Below, in pieces: positions 1-10,296 of a DNA stretch of 64,000 nt. The number at the start of each line of letters is the position of its first letter. The stretch's first letter is position 1. The stretch lies in contig OZ241855.1 of the NCBI GenBank assembly GCA_965202785.1, positions 1,440,001 through 1,504,000 on the forward strand, given 5' to 3'. The stretch comes from Thermodesulfobacteriota bacterium. Its GTDB lineage: Bacteria; Desulfobacterota_D; UBA1144; Nemesobacterales; Nemesobacteraceae. The notes below the pieces were generated by a model that worked only from the letters and a program-made list of their open reading frames with translations, was not told the origin of the DNA and did not search any database. A program made the position numbers and the translations under genes.

Positions 1-390
1 GGCAATACGCAGAACCCGGTTATAGACATAATGGAATCCCAAAAGAACATAAGTGAAAAGGGCGGAACGATGAGACTCGGGGCCTATCCCTGCGTCATAA
101 AGCCCGAGACCTTGGCTAGCAGCATCTACGAGACTCCTGAGATCTCCGAAAGACACCGCCACCGGTTTGAAGTGAACAACAGCTACAGGGAAGTTCTTGA
201 GTCAAATGGAATGGTTCTTTGCGGTCTCTCACCGGATGGAAGTCTGGTTGAAATCATGGAACTTAAGGATCATCCCTGGTTTGTCGGTTGTCAGTTCCAT
301 CCTGAATTCAAGTCAAAGCCCCTAAGCGCTCATCCCCTGTTCAGGGATTTCGTAAGAGGAGCGCTTTGGTACAAGGATTCTTCTAGCTGA
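1..390 (+). CDS. pyrG: CTP synthase, C-terminal glutaminase part (5' truncated by window edge)
   Basis: Frame open from base 1; [17 protein letters not shown] and CQFHPEF motifs. Confidence 0.96.
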   Translation, partial: GNTQNPVIDIMESQKNISEKGGTMRLGAYPCVIKPETLASSIYETPEISERHRHRFEVNNSYREVLESNGMVLCGLSPDGSLVEIMELKDHPWFVGCQFHPEFKSKPLSAHPLFRDFVRGALWYKDSSS

Positions 391-407
391 TCGAATTGCT
401 CCATTCG

Positions 408-2408
408 ATGAATCTTCCCAGTATAAACGAACTTATTGCCTACAGGAAAAGAAGAGAGCCTGCCCTCGGAGTGGTCCTCTCTGCCCATCCCGACAAACTC
501 TCCCTCTTCTCAGAAGATGGGAAGCGCTACTCGGTTGAACCGAAAAAAGTCGTACTGTTAACCGGAATAACCGTTTCTGAAACCCTTACTGACTCTGAGA
601 AGAAACTCGAAATGAGGAAGTGGAGAAGAGAACTTGAGGAGAAAAAAGACTCCGTTGATGTGGAAACGCTGTGGCAGTGTGTTGTGGAGGAGCAGGAAAC
701 CGTGAGCTTTGAGGAAATACTGGAGCTGTATTCGGGGGCGGAACAGATTTCTTCGGAGCAGAGGTTTTTGCTTTTCTGGGCCGTGGATAAAAACACGGTC
801 TACCTTGCGAGAGGTGAAGATGGCTATCTCGTGCGCTCGCGGGAGGATGTCTCCAAGACACTTCGTACCCTTGAACTCAGAAAAGAAAGGGAACAAAAAG
901 CGCAGGCCGCCGTAAGCTGGGTGCGTTCTGTTATAAGTGGCGAAGTTCCTCCGGTGGTCGATGAAAGCCACGGTGAGTTTCTTGAACTCATCGAGCGGTA
1001 CGTCATTGATCTTGACGGTTACGAGCGGGCTAAGGAAGCCAAGGGCTTTCTCTATGAAGCGGGACTTAAGGAAGTGGAATCGGCGGTTGAATTTCTTATA
1101 AAAACGGGCTTCTGGAAGAAAGACGATGACCCGGAATCAAAAAAAATCGCTTTTCATTTCAGACACTCCCAAAGAGCGCTTGAAGAGGTGGAAGCTATTT
1201 TGAGTGCTGGGGAAAACTTAGGAAACCTTACCGACAGGACGGATCTTGAAGCTTTTTCAGTTGATAGTGAGACAACGCAAGACATTGATGATGCCATTTC
1301 GTTTGAAACGCACGGGGATCAGATCACCCTGGGAGTCCACATTTCGAATGTCGCCCATGTTGTAACCAGGGGAAGTTTTATTGATCAGGGGGCCCTTGAG
1401 CGCGCTGAGACGGTTTATTTTCCTGAGGGACGCGTGGATATGTTTCCCCGGGATCTTGTGAATAAGAAACTCAGCCTTACTGCCGGCGACCTCCGACCTG
1501 CGTTTTCTCTTTTCGCCACTTTTAAAAGAGAGGACTTCACCTTGATCGATTATCGCTTTGAAGCGACGGTCATAAGGATTTCGAAGAATCTTACCTACGC
1601 CGAAACGACTGAAATGTTGCGCAACACACAATGGGGAGAATTCCTTGTGTCTCTCACTGATTCACTCAGAGAAGGGAGAATCAGCAAGGGAGCCCTTATA
1701 GTTCAGCTTCCGGAGCTCAAGATCAGGGTCGGAGACCAAGATGGAATTTCGGTCAGCAAAGATTACATGGATTCTCCCGCCCACAACGTCGTTTCCGAAT
1801 GCATGATACTCATGAACCGGCTTTCAGCAGATTTTTTCGATAAAAACGGAATTCCGGCACTCTTTCGTTCTCAGAGCCAAGATATTGAGCCTGAAGCCAG
1901 AGAACTTGACCCCGAAGACGTCCTTTTTCCGGTAAAGGTAGCAAAGCACTTAAAACCTTCTTTTGTTACCTATGTTCCAGAAACCCACAAGTCTCTGGGA
2001 GTCCCCTGCTACGTGCAGATGACTTCTCCGATAAGAAGGTATACGGATCTTCTTATGCAGCGCCAGCTTATATGTTGGCTTGAGGAACAGAGGATTTGCT
2101 ACTCGGAAAGCGAGCTTGAATCCACAAACACGCATGTGAGTCTTGCCACTAGGGAAATAAAAAACGCGCAGAGGGGCAGACACAGGTACTGGCTTATCCG
2201 TTATCTTCTGGAAAAGGATATAAAAGGGGCGGTAGGCTACGTAAGTTCCAGGGGATATAACGGGTTTAACGTTTATATTCCGGAGTTTCTGATCGAACTT
2301 GCGCTTTCTAACTCAGGCGGCAGGGTTTTTGACATAGGAAGTGAGCTTTCCCTCTCAATCTGGGGTGTCGACCCTCTCAGAAGAAGGATACGCGTAAGTC
2401 CGGCTTAG
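408..2408 (+). CDS. RNB-domain exoribonuclease (RNase II/R family)
   Basis: Catalytic VDSETTQDIDDA and MTSPIRRYTDL motifs, C-terminal S1-like region; ATG at 408 preferred over TTG at 396. Confidence 0.9.
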   Translation: MNLPSINELIAYRKRREPALGVVLSAHPDKLSLFSEDGKRYSVEPKKVVLLTGITVSETLTDSEKKLEMRKWRRELEEKKDSVDVETLWQCVVEEQETVSFEEILELYSGAEQISSEQRFLLFWAVDKNTVYLARGEDGYLVRSREDVSKTLRTLELRKEREQKAQAAVSWVRSVISGEVPPVVDESHGEFLELIERYVIDLDGYERAKEAKGFLYEAGLKEVESAVEFLIKTGFWKKDDDPESKKIAFHFRHSQRALEEVEAILSAGENLGNLTDRTDLEAFSVDSETTQDIDDAISFETHGDQITLGVHISNVAHVVTRGSFIDQGALERAETVYFPEGRVDMFPRDLVNKKLSLTAGDLRPAFSLFATFKREDFTLIDYRFEATVIRISKNLTYAETTEMLRNTQWGEFLVSLTDSLREGRISKGALIVQLPELKIRVGDQDGISVSKDYMDSPAHNVVSECMILMNRLSADFFDKNGIPALFRSQSQDIEPEARELDPEDVLFPVKVAKHLKPSFVTYVPETHKSLGVPCYVQMTSPIRRYTDLLMQRQLICWLEEQRICYSESELESTNTHVSLATREIKNAQRGRHRYWLIRYLLEKDIKGAVGYVSSRGYNGFNVYIPEFLIELALSNSGGRVFDIGSELSLSIWGVDPLRRRIRVSPA

Positions 2409-2474
2409 TGTTCTGTGTGCCGGAACCCAAGTTCAAACAAGCATATGCTGTCGGAGTGGGAAAGACTGCTCTCT

Positions 2475-3854
2475 TCAGTGCTTTTCTTCAAGAATTTCGA
2501 GAATTTCTTCAAGCCTTGTGACCTTCACTCTCGGCCTTCCCTGTTTTTCGCCTTCTTTCTTTTCAAACCAGTCAACCCGCAGCCATTCATTGTAGGAAAT
2601 ATGTTTTTCTTCGAGCAGTTCCTTTGTGCTCTCGTCCGAAGTGAGTTCGGGACGCAGTGTGTTTCCCCTCTCGATGTCCTCGACCATGCAGCTTACGGTT
2701 TCGCCGGAGTCGGCCTTGTTCGTACCGATAACTCCGGTCGGTCCGCGTTTTATCCACCCTGTGGTGTAGAGTCCGGTAATCGGATTGCCGCCCGTTTTGT
2801 CAAGCACTCTTCCTTTTTCGCTGGGGATTACACCTGAACGGTCATCAAACGGTACGTCCCGAAGAGGTATTCCCCGGTACCCGACGGAGCGAAAAACCAG
2901 ATCGGCGGGAATCTCTTCGGTCTCGTCCGTGGGTTTGGGCCGAAGGGACCCGTCATCGGATTTGTAAAGCCTGTTTTTCACGACTTTCACGCTTTTTACC
3001 CTGTTGTTTTCTCCGGCAATTATTTCTATCGGAGAAACCAAGAATCTTATGACTATTTTCTTTGATTTGGAGGGGACCCTCTCGGAAGCTTTTTTTATAA
3101 GTTCTATTTTCGTCTGGGCTGTCCTGTCCGGTTTACGCTCAAGCTCCTCGAGCGTAAGGGAATCGGGCTCCGCTTCGTCCGCCAGGGTAAGGAGATCCGC
3201 GTCCTCAAGATTCTCAAGTTCCCGCAGTTCTGGGTTAGTGAAGGCCGCCTGCGCGGGGCCTCTTCTTCCAAGCATCTGTATTTCCCTTATTCCGCTTTTG
3301 GCCAGCTCCTCAAGCGCGTAGTCTGCGATATCCGTTTTTTCCATTTCGCTTCTTGTGAGGGAAAGAATTCTCGCAACATCCACCGCGACATTCCCGACTC
3401 CGACTATGACGACTCTTTTCCCCGAAAAGTCAAAACCAAGGCCCATGTGATCCGGGTGGGAGTTGTACCAGCCTACAAACTCCGTTGCCGTGTGGCTTCC
3501 GATTATACCCTCTCCCGGTATTCCCATTTTTCTGTCGGTCTGGGCCCCTGTTGCGAAAACTATCTGGTGGTAACGGCTGCGCAGGTCCTCAAGCGTTACG
3601 TGTTTTCCGAACTCTACAAGTCCAAAAAACCTGAATTGAGGGTTGGATGCGATTTTATCATAAACTCTGGCTACGCTCTTTATCTTCTGGTGGTCCGGAG
3701 CTACCCCGCTTCTCACGAGACCGTGGGGAGTCGCAAGTTTCTCGAACATGTCTATGAACACGCGGTCGCCAAGTTTTTTCTGCAGATGGTCGGCTGCGTA
3801 GAAAGCTGCGGGTCCCGATCCAACTATGGCAATTTTTATTTTTTCAAGACTCAT
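2475..3854 (-). CDS. Ferredoxin/adrenodoxin-NADP+ reductase (FprA-like)
   Basis: IVGSGPAAF FAD motif, GLVRSGVAPDH, GVGNVAVD NADPH motif, GWIKRGPTGVIGTN; ATG at 3854 preferred. Confidence 0.92.
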   Translation of the reverse strand: MSLEKIKIAIVGSGPAAFYAADHLQKKLGDRVFIDMFEKLATPHGLVRSGVAPDHQKIKSVARVYDKIASNPQFRFFGLVEFGKHVTLEDLRSRYHQIVFATGAQTDRKMGIPGEGIIGSHTATEFVGWYNSHPDHMGLGFDFSGKRVVIVGVGNVAVDVARILSLTRSEMEKTDIADYALEELAKSGIREIQMLGRRGPAQAAFTNPELRELENLEDADLLTLADEAEPDSLTLEELERKPDRTAQTKIELIKKASERVPSKSKKIVIRFLVSPIEIIAGENNRVKSVKVVKNRLYKSDDGSLRPKPTDETEEIPADLVFRSVGYRGIPLRDVPFDDRSGVIPSEKGRVLDKTGGNPITGLYTTGWIKRGPTGVIGTNKADSGETVSCMVEDIERGNTLRPELTSDESTKELLEEKHISYNEWLRVDWFEKKEGEKQGRPRVKVTRLEEILEILEEKH

Positions 3855-4020
3855 GCCGTGGGAAGTATATATGCAATATTCCATAAATCTATTGCCGAGA
3901 AAGCTTTTTCTTCTTTATCTTTTAGGTTTGTGTGGCGGAGTTCTTAAATCCTCCTTTTTCCGCTAACAGGGCCTGATGGTGGTATAATACTAGTTTCTTT
4001 GTGTGTGGCGGAGTGACCCT

Positions 4021-6315
4021 ATGATTGTTAAAGAGCGTAGTGAACCGGAGCACTTTCATCTCAAGGTGGTTCATGAGATAAGCGACTTGATCAACAAGTC
4101 CGTGGGTCTTAACACCGTTTTGGGGAGGGTGGTCAGAAAAATTTCGTCCTCGCTTCACTACGATGTCGTCTCCATATACGTCTGGGATGATTCAAGAGAG
4201 GTTCTCAGGCTCATGGCTAACAGGGGTCTTCAGGTCAAACCGAAAAGCGATATCTTTCTGCGCTCGGATGAAGGTCTTACCGGGATGGTTCATAAAACGA
4301 AGGTTCCTTTGGTGGCCATGCCGGCTTCTAAGCATCCCAATTACAGATATTTTCCCGAAATAGGCGAAGAGGAATACGAAAGCTACATAGGCGTTCCCAT
4401 AATGCTTCACGATGTATGTGTCGGGGTGCTTGTCGGGCAGAACAAAACCCCCATGCAGATAACCCCGGCCGAGCAGACTCTTTTTCAGATAATAGCACTA
4501 CGACTTGCCGGGGTCCTTGAAGTCGCGAACACCCTGGACCGGCTGAAACCCCCGTCCATGGTGAAACACGAGACGAGGAGCTATCAAGGAAAAGGAGTTT
4601 CTGAAGGAGTGGCTGTGGGCAAAGCGGTTACATTCCGCGGGCTTTTCCGTCGGATGTCCACTATGGAGATGACGGCCCGTACTTCAGGAATCGAAAAGAG
4701 AAGAGTTAGAAACTCTATAAAGAATATATCGCAAGACCTTAAGAACACTATAAAAAAAATGGATTCTGAAGGGAAGCTCTCGAAAAACGAAGTGGATATC
4801 TTCCGTTCACATCTAATGATAGTAGATAGCCGCGACATGGAGAAAGGAACTGGCGAACTCATAGATGAAAAGAGGGTTTCGGCCGAGGCCGCGGTGGTTG
4901 AGTATCTCGAATCCCAGGCATCGCGCTTTGAATCCCTTCCGGATTCCTACATGAGGGAGAGGGCCTACGATTTCAGAGATATAGGTGAGAGGATGCTCCG
5001 GGATCTTACCCGTTCAAAGCACGAGAATATTTCGGCTTCCGACGACGGAGAGCCCTTAATACTTGTGGCAAGAGAGATAGGCGTTTCTTTTGTCACTGCT
5101 GTTGAGGGGGAAGTGGGGGGGATAGTCCTTGAAAAAGGCGGAGAGACTTCGCACGCGGTCATAATAGCGAAATCGCTCGGGATTCCGGTAGTCGTCGGCA
5201 TAGACAACATCGTGAATCTGGTACATCCCGGAGATGATATGATAGTTGACGGGAGAAGCGGTTTCATTTTCACAAACCCCGACCAGGTGCTTAAGGATGA
5301 GTATCTATCCATGCACCAAAAAGCCGTTGAACTCCGCAACTTCATAGAGACTGAAGCCGAAAAAAGTACCAGCACAGGTCTTAACGTCGAAATAACGGCG
5401 AATGTCGGAATTCCGGCCGATGCTGAGATGGCCAAGCGTTACGGCATTAAGAGAGCGGGACTTTTCAGAACGGAGTTTGCCTTCGCGCGGTTTAAGAAAT
5501 GGCCTAGTGTAAGGTCCCAGCTAAAAATATACAAGGAGATCTCAGCTAATTTTGAGGATGGGGTGACCATTAGGACTCTGGACGTGGGTTCTGACAAGAT
5601 ACTTTCCTATATCAACATGCCGAAAGAAGAGAATCCTCTTCTTGGTCTTCGCTCGATCCGCTTTTCAATGGAGTATCTTGATCTTTTCAGGGATCAGGTG
5701 AAATCCATTTTGCTTGCGGCGAAAAAGGGGGGGGATTTCAAGATTCTTCTGCCTATGGTATCAAATGTCTGGGAGGTTGAGACCGCGGCGCAGATAATTG
5801 ACGAACTGTCTGCCGAAGTCAGTCTTCACCGACATGATATGCCGCAGCTCGGAATAATGATGGAGGTTCCGGCACTTGTATATCAGTTCGGTGATTACGC
5901 GGACTTAATAGATTTTGTTTCCATTGGAACAAACGACCTCATACAATACCTGCTCGCGGTGGATAGAAATTCAAACGCAGTTGGACATCTCTATTCGGCT
6001 TTTCATCCTTCCGTGGTGAGAATGCTGGATTTTACAAGAGAGCAGGTTCTCTCAAGCGGAAAAGATCTCTCCATCTGCGGAGAAATAGCGGGAGTCCCTT
6101 CCGGTACACTCCTGATCTTGGCTCTTGGCTACCGTCATCTGAGCGTTTCCCCGCTTCGGTTCCCTTATGTGAAATTTCTTTCGGACAGGCTTTCTGAACG
6201 GATGCTTGAGGAAATCAGGTCCGACGTATTGCTACTCTCAAAGGAGTCTGACATAGAGAGGTACTTAAAGGATATCCTTAACTCCATAAACCCGATGTTG
6301 CTCGAAGTAGAGTAG
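4021..6315 (+). CDS. ptsP: GAF-domain PEP-protein phosphotransferase (enzyme I-Ntr)
   Basis: N-terminal GAF (EGLTG..., YRYFPEIGEEEY), phospho-His motif GGETSHAVIIA, GLFRTEF, SIGTNDLIQY, ICGE; GGAG before ATG 4021. Confidence 0.93.
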   Translation: MIVKERSEPEHFHLKVVHEISDLINKSVGLNTVLGRVVRKISSSLHYDVVSIYVWDDSREVLRLMANRGLQVKPKSDIFLRSDEGLTGMVHKTKVPLVAMPASKHPNYRYFPEIGEEEYESYIGVPIMLHDVCVGVLVGQNKTPMQITPAEQTLFQIIALRLAGVLEVANTLDRLKPPSMVKHETRSYQGKGVSEGVAVGKAVTFRGLFRRMSTMEMTARTSGIEKRRVRNSIKNISQDLKNTIKKMDSEGKLSKNEVDIFRSHLMIVDSRDMEKGTGELIDEKRVSAEAAVVEYLESQASRFESLPDSYMRERAYDFRDIGERMLRDLTRSKHENISASDDGEPLILVAREIGVSFVTAVEGEVGGIVLEKGGETSHAVIIAKSLGIPVVVGIDNIVNLVHPGDDMIVDGRSGFIFTNPDQVLKDEYLSMHQKAVELRNFIETEAEKSTSTGLNVEITANVGIPADAEMAKRYGIKRAGLFRTEFAFARFKKWPSVRSQLKIYKEISANFEDGVTIRTLDVGSDKILSYINMPKEENPLLGLRSIRFSMEYLDLFRDQVKSILLAAKKGGDFKILLPMVSNVWEVETAAQIIDELSAEVSLHRHDMPQLGIMMEVPALVYQFGDYADLIDFVSIGTNDLIQYLLAVDRNSNAVGHLYSAFHPSVVRMLDFTREQVLSSGKDLSICGEIAGVPSGTLLILALGYRHLSVSPLRFPYVKFLSDRLSERMLEEIRSDVLLLSKESDIERYLKDILNSINPMLLEVE

Positions 6316-6317
6316 CC

Positions 6318-7244
6318 ATGATCAAAAGATCTACCCTTATCCCGCTGGTGCTTTTTATCCTTACGGCGGCCACGACTTTTCTTTCCGGCTACATGATAAG
6401 CGGAACCTATACGGGAGGCGTTCTTTTCTCGATTTCTCTGGTCGCTATTCTCGGAGCCCATGAAATGGGCCATTACTTTTACGGTAGGAAATACGGCGTT
6501 TCCATAACTCTTCCCTGGTTTATTCCTGCTCCTCCCTTCCTCTCCCCGATAGGGACGTTCGGGGCGTTTATAAGGATAAAGTCCCGAATACGCGGCCGAA
6601 GGGAGCTTTTCGACATAGGGGTTGCTGGCCCCATAGCCGGAGTGGTGGTAGCTCTTCCGGTTCTGTTTGTCGGACTGCTTTTCTCAGACGTGGTCGCTTT
6701 GGATTCCGAGAGGCTCTCTGAGATGCAGACGGCCATGTCTCTCGGTAATTCTCTCGTGTTTTCCCTTTTCTCAAAAATGGCCATCGGGGATGTCGCCCAG
6801 GGGTACGAAATTTTGCTGCACCCAGTTGCGTTTGCGGGATGGATAGGTCTTTTCGTAACCGTTTTGAATCTCATGCCCGCGGGACAGCTTGACGGAGGAC
6901 ATCTTGTATACTGCATCTTCCCGGCGGAGTGGCATAAAGCTATATCGGCCGCTACGGTTATTTTTCTTGCAATAATGGGAGTGGGAACGGTGCCTCTGAT
7001 GGACTTTGCGGATTATCTGGGGTTGTGGGTGCTTGGCGTTCTTCCTGAGTGGCTTATGTTTGAGGGTTGGGTCGGCTGGCTTTTCTGGGCCATACTGCTT
7101 TTGGTTCTCGGGACATCCCATCCGCCGACCATATCAAGTGATACCGAGATCGGTGCCGGAAGAAAAGCGCTTGCTTTTGTCTCGCTGCTTATTTTCATTT
7201 CCTGTTTTACCCCTGTTCCCATCAGTATCGTGGAATTCGGTTAG
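6318..7244 (+). CDS. Site-2 protease family (M50) membrane metalloprotease
   Basis: HEMGH zinc motif, AGP and NLMPAGQLDGGH motifs, several hydrophobic segments. Confidence 0.93.
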   Translation: MIKRSTLIPLVLFILTAATTFLSGYMISGTYTGGVLFSISLVAILGAHEMGHYFYGRKYGVSITLPWFIPAPPFLSPIGTFGAFIRIKSRIRGRRELFDIGVAGPIAGVVVALPVLFVGLLFSDVVALDSERLSEMQTAMSLGNSLVFSLFSKMAIGDVAQGYEILLHPVAFAGWIGLFVTVLNLMPAGQLDGGHLVYCIFPAEWHKAISAATVIFLAIMGVGTVPLMDFADYLGLWVLGVLPEWLMFEGWVGWLFWAILLLVLGTSHPPTISSDTEIGAGRKALAFVSLLIFISCFTPVPISIVEFG

Positions 7245-7250
7245 ATCGTT

Positions 7251-7279
7251 TTGCGTTTAGTTAAAAAATCTGTTACAAT
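7251..7279 (+). promoter_or_regulatory. Sigma70-type promoter of gltA
   Basis: TTGCGT (7251-7256), 17 nt spacer, TGn-extended TACAAT (7274-7279). Confidence 0.65.
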
Positions 7280-7404
7280 CACTCCGATCGGTTGGATTGA
7301 CTCCGAAGGGTGTTGGAGTGAAAAAGAGGGTGGTTCACATACGGGAATCCGATTCGACCGGTAACTTGATTTAAACAACTTCACTACTGCGAGGAGATTT
7401 ACAA

Positions 7405-8700
7405 ATGTCGAAGAACACTTTGTCTGTAACGGATAACAGGACAGGTAAAACATACGAACTTGCTATAGACAACGATACCATAAAAGCCACTGACCTTCGT
7501 CAGATAAGGGTTAAGGACGAAGATTTTGGCATGATGAGCTATGACCCCGCTTTCGGGAATACGGCTTCGTGCAAAAGCAAGGTTACTTTCATTGATGGAG
7601 AAAAGGGAATCCTGAGGTACAGGGGATACCCGATAGAAGAGCTGGCGAAAAAAAGCAACTTCCTCGAAGTCGCTTACCTGCTTATTCACGGTGAGTTGCC
7701 TAACAAATCGGAATACAACAGCTGGGTTCACGACATAACGCATCACACTTACGTGCATGAAAATATAAGGAAGCTCATGGATGGATTCCGCTACGACGCG
7801 CACCCGATGGGCATGTTGCTTGCTACTGTCGGAGCCCTCTCGACCTTCTATCCGGATGCAAAGGACATATTCGATACCGACGTGCAGAAACTCGAGATAA
7901 GAAGGCTCATAGCGAAGACGCCGACCATAGCCGGATTTTCCTACAGGCATATAATGGGTCTCCCATATGTATATCCTGACAACGAACTCAGCTACGCCGG
8001 AAATTTCCTTTCAATGATGTTCAAGATGACCGAGACCAAGTATGAGCCGAATCCGGCGATAGAGAAGGCTATAGATGTTCTTTTCATCCTTCACGCAGAC
8101 CACGAGCAGAACTGCAGCGCAAGCGCGATGAGAAACGTCGGAAGCTCCCATCCGGATCCGTACTCCGCGGCCGCCGCGGCGATTGCCGCCCTGTACGGCC
8201 CTCTTCACGGTGGAGCGAACGAGGCGGTGCTTGAAATGCTCGCCGACATAGGTTCGATTGACAGAATTCCGCAGTACATAGAAAGGGCCAAGAAAGGAGA
8301 ATTCAGGCTCATGGGCTTCGGACACAGGGTGTACAAGGCTTACGATCCGAGAGCGGCGATAATAAAGGACATAGCCCACGACGTGTTTGAAGTAACCGGG
8401 AAAAATCCTCTGCTTGACATAGCGCTTGAGCTTGAGAGAATAGCCCTTGAAGACGACTACTTCGTAAGAAGAAGGCTTTATCCGAACGTTGATTTCTACT
8501 CCGGACTCATATACCAGAGCATAGGTCTTCCCACGAGCATGTTTACCGTCCTTTTCGCGATAGCGAGGATGGCCGGATGGCTTGCCCAGTGGCTTGAGTT
8601 GATGAACGATCCCGAAACCAGAATCGCAAGGCCTAGACAGGTTTATCTGGGGGAAGATAATAGAAAATATGTGGCGATGAGCAGAAGGCGTAAGAAGTAA
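7405..8700 (+). CDS. gltA: Citrate synthase
   Basis: LHADHEQN, GPLHGGANE, LMGFGHRVY, YPNVDFYSG; GAGGAG RBS. Confidence 0.98.
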   Translation: MSKNTLSVTDNRTGKTYELAIDNDTIKATDLRQIRVKDEDFGMMSYDPAFGNTASCKSKVTFIDGEKGILRYRGYPIEELAKKSNFLEVAYLLIHGELPNKSEYNSWVHDITHHTYVHENIRKLMDGFRYDAHPMGMLLATVGALSTFYPDAKDIFDTDVQKLEIRRLIAKTPTIAGFSYRHIMGLPYVYPDNELSYAGNFLSMMFKMTETKYEPNPAIEKAIDVLFILHADHEQNCSASAMRNVGSSHPDPYSAAAAAIAALYGPLHGGANEAVLEMLADIGSIDRIPQYIERAKKGEFRLMGFGHRVYKAYDPRAAIIKDIAHDVFEVTGKNPLLDIALELERIALEDDYFVRRRLYPNVDFYSGLIYQSIGLPTSMFTVLFAIARMAGWLAQWLELMNDPETRIARPRQVYLGEDNRKYVAMSRRRKK

Positions 8701-8762
8701 CTCTGTAGACGCAAATCACGGCTGAGGAAAAAACGGGGAAAGGGGTGGAGAGACGCTCACGC

Positions 8763-9107
8763 TTAGCTTGCCGAGAAGTGTTTTCCTATTATCGTGTTGT
8801 AATAGTAGTCGATCGTGTGCTCAGTGTTGGCTATCAGAATTGAGATGGCTGCGTTGCGGCCTCTCTCCGATAGAATAAATGCTTTCCCACTGTTTTCACG
8901 CGCTGCTCTTTCCTCAAGCATTTCCAGAAAAGAGTCTTTGAAAGTGTCTCTGTCATCCCGAAGGGCCGTCTCAAGCAGGGCTTCGTCCTGAAGATCGTAT
9001 TTTTTCTTTTTTATCTCCTCGTGAAGCGCTAGAGAGAATTTCTCAAGATCAAGTTCGGGGAAATTTTCCCTGGCGATTTCCTCGAATACGCGGAACAGTT
9101 CTTCCAT
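8763..9107 (-). CDS. Hypothetical acidic helical protein (114 aa)
   Basis: ATG at 9107 overlaps the TAA of the upstream peptidase (TAATG); protein-like composition; family not recognised. Confidence 0.7.
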   Translation of the reverse strand: MEELFRVFEEIARENFPELDLEKFSLALHEEIKKKKYDLQDEALLETALRDDRDTFKDSFLEMLEERAARENSGKAFILSERGRNAAISILIANTEHTIDYYYNTIIGKHFSAS

Positions 9108-10165
9108 TATTGCTGGTGAGCACTCTGGCTCTGATTTGATAGACTGAATTCCCCTATATCCCTGAGCAGACATGACACCAGGTCTATCGTGTGAGCGATA
9201 TCGCTTTTATAGGCAAGGGAGCTCGGGCTGTGAAGATACCTTGTCGGAACCGACAGGACGGCCGCCCTGGTTCCCTTCCCGGTGACCTGCATGGCGGTTG
9301 CGTTTGTACTGCCCGCTTTTTTTACCGTTACCTGGCAGGGGATTTCGTTTTTCCCTGCAAGTTCCTTTATAAAAAAGCTAAACGGTCTGTGCGCCACCAA
9401 GAACCTGTCTGAAAGCCTGATCTCGGGTCCCTTGCCGATATTGGCAAAAGATTTGCTTTCCGAGACCCCCGGTATGTCCATTGCCACGGTGCCTTCAAGT
9501 GCGACGGCGAAGTCCGGTTCGTAAACCGGTGTTATTACCCTCGCCCCGCGAAGTCCGACTTCTTCCTGCACGGTAAAGGTAACTATGAGATTGCAGCCCG
9601 GATTAGGGGTCTTTTTAAGAGCTTCGATTATTACGAAAAGACCCATCCTGTCGTCAAGGGCCTTTGAAATTACGGAATCCTCGGTTTCATCAAGGGAAGT
9701 GTCAAATGAGACCATGTCCCCTACTTTTACTAGGTCGGCGACTTTTTCAGGACTGAGCCCGAGATCGACCGCGCAGTCCTCAATTTCCGGAACTTCCTTG
9801 GCGCCTCCGCTTGCCCTGGTCACGTGGGGCGGAACCGCTGCCACTACCCCTTTTAGGGGTTCTTTCCCCCACACCACGAGGCGCTGCCCGTAGAAAACCC
9901 TGGCGTCCATTCCTCCAAGCGGGGTTACCCTCAAAAACCCCCTGTTATCTATATGATGTACCATGAATCCTACTTCGTCCATGTGAGCGTCAAGAACAAA
10001 AGTGGGACCGTCTCCCGGGATACGGGCGATTATGTTTCCGAGAACATCTTCGGTGATATCTTCTGAAAATTTCTTTATTTCCTCAAGCAGAATCGCCTTA
10101 ACCAAGCCCTCATCACCGGGCATTCCTGGAGTGTCGCAGAGCTTCTTTAAGAGTTTTATATCCAT
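9107..10165 (-). CDS. M42 family (TET-like) aminopeptidase
   Basis: AHMDEVG, KALDDR, QEEVGLRGA and RYLHS metal-binding motifs. Confidence 0.93.
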   Translation of the reverse strand: MDIKLLKKLCDTPGMPGDEGLVKAILLEEIKKFSEDITEDVLGNIIARIPGDGPTFVLDAHMDEVGFMVHHIDNRGFLRVTPLGGMDARVFYGQRLVVWGKEPLKGVVAAVPPHVTRASGGAKEVPEIEDCAVDLGLSPEKVADLVKVGDMVSFDTSLDETEDSVISKALDDRMGLFVIIEALKKTPNPGCNLIVTFTVQEEVGLRGARVITPVYEPDFAVALEGTVAMDIPGVSESKSFANIGKGPEIRLSDRFLVAHRPFSFFIKELAGKNEIPCQVTVKKAGSTNATAMQVTGKGTRAAVLSVPTRYLHSPSSLAYKSDIAHTIDLVSCLLRDIGEFSLSNQSQSAHQQ

Positions 10166-10296
10166 GACGGGCTGATTATAACCAAACAGACCTCTTTTCC
10201 AAAACCGAGAAAAGAAGCGCGAGCTTTCCGAATTGATTTATAAGTCTCAGAGCTTAATCTTTATAACAAAGTGCGAACTGAAGACAGGAGACGGAC

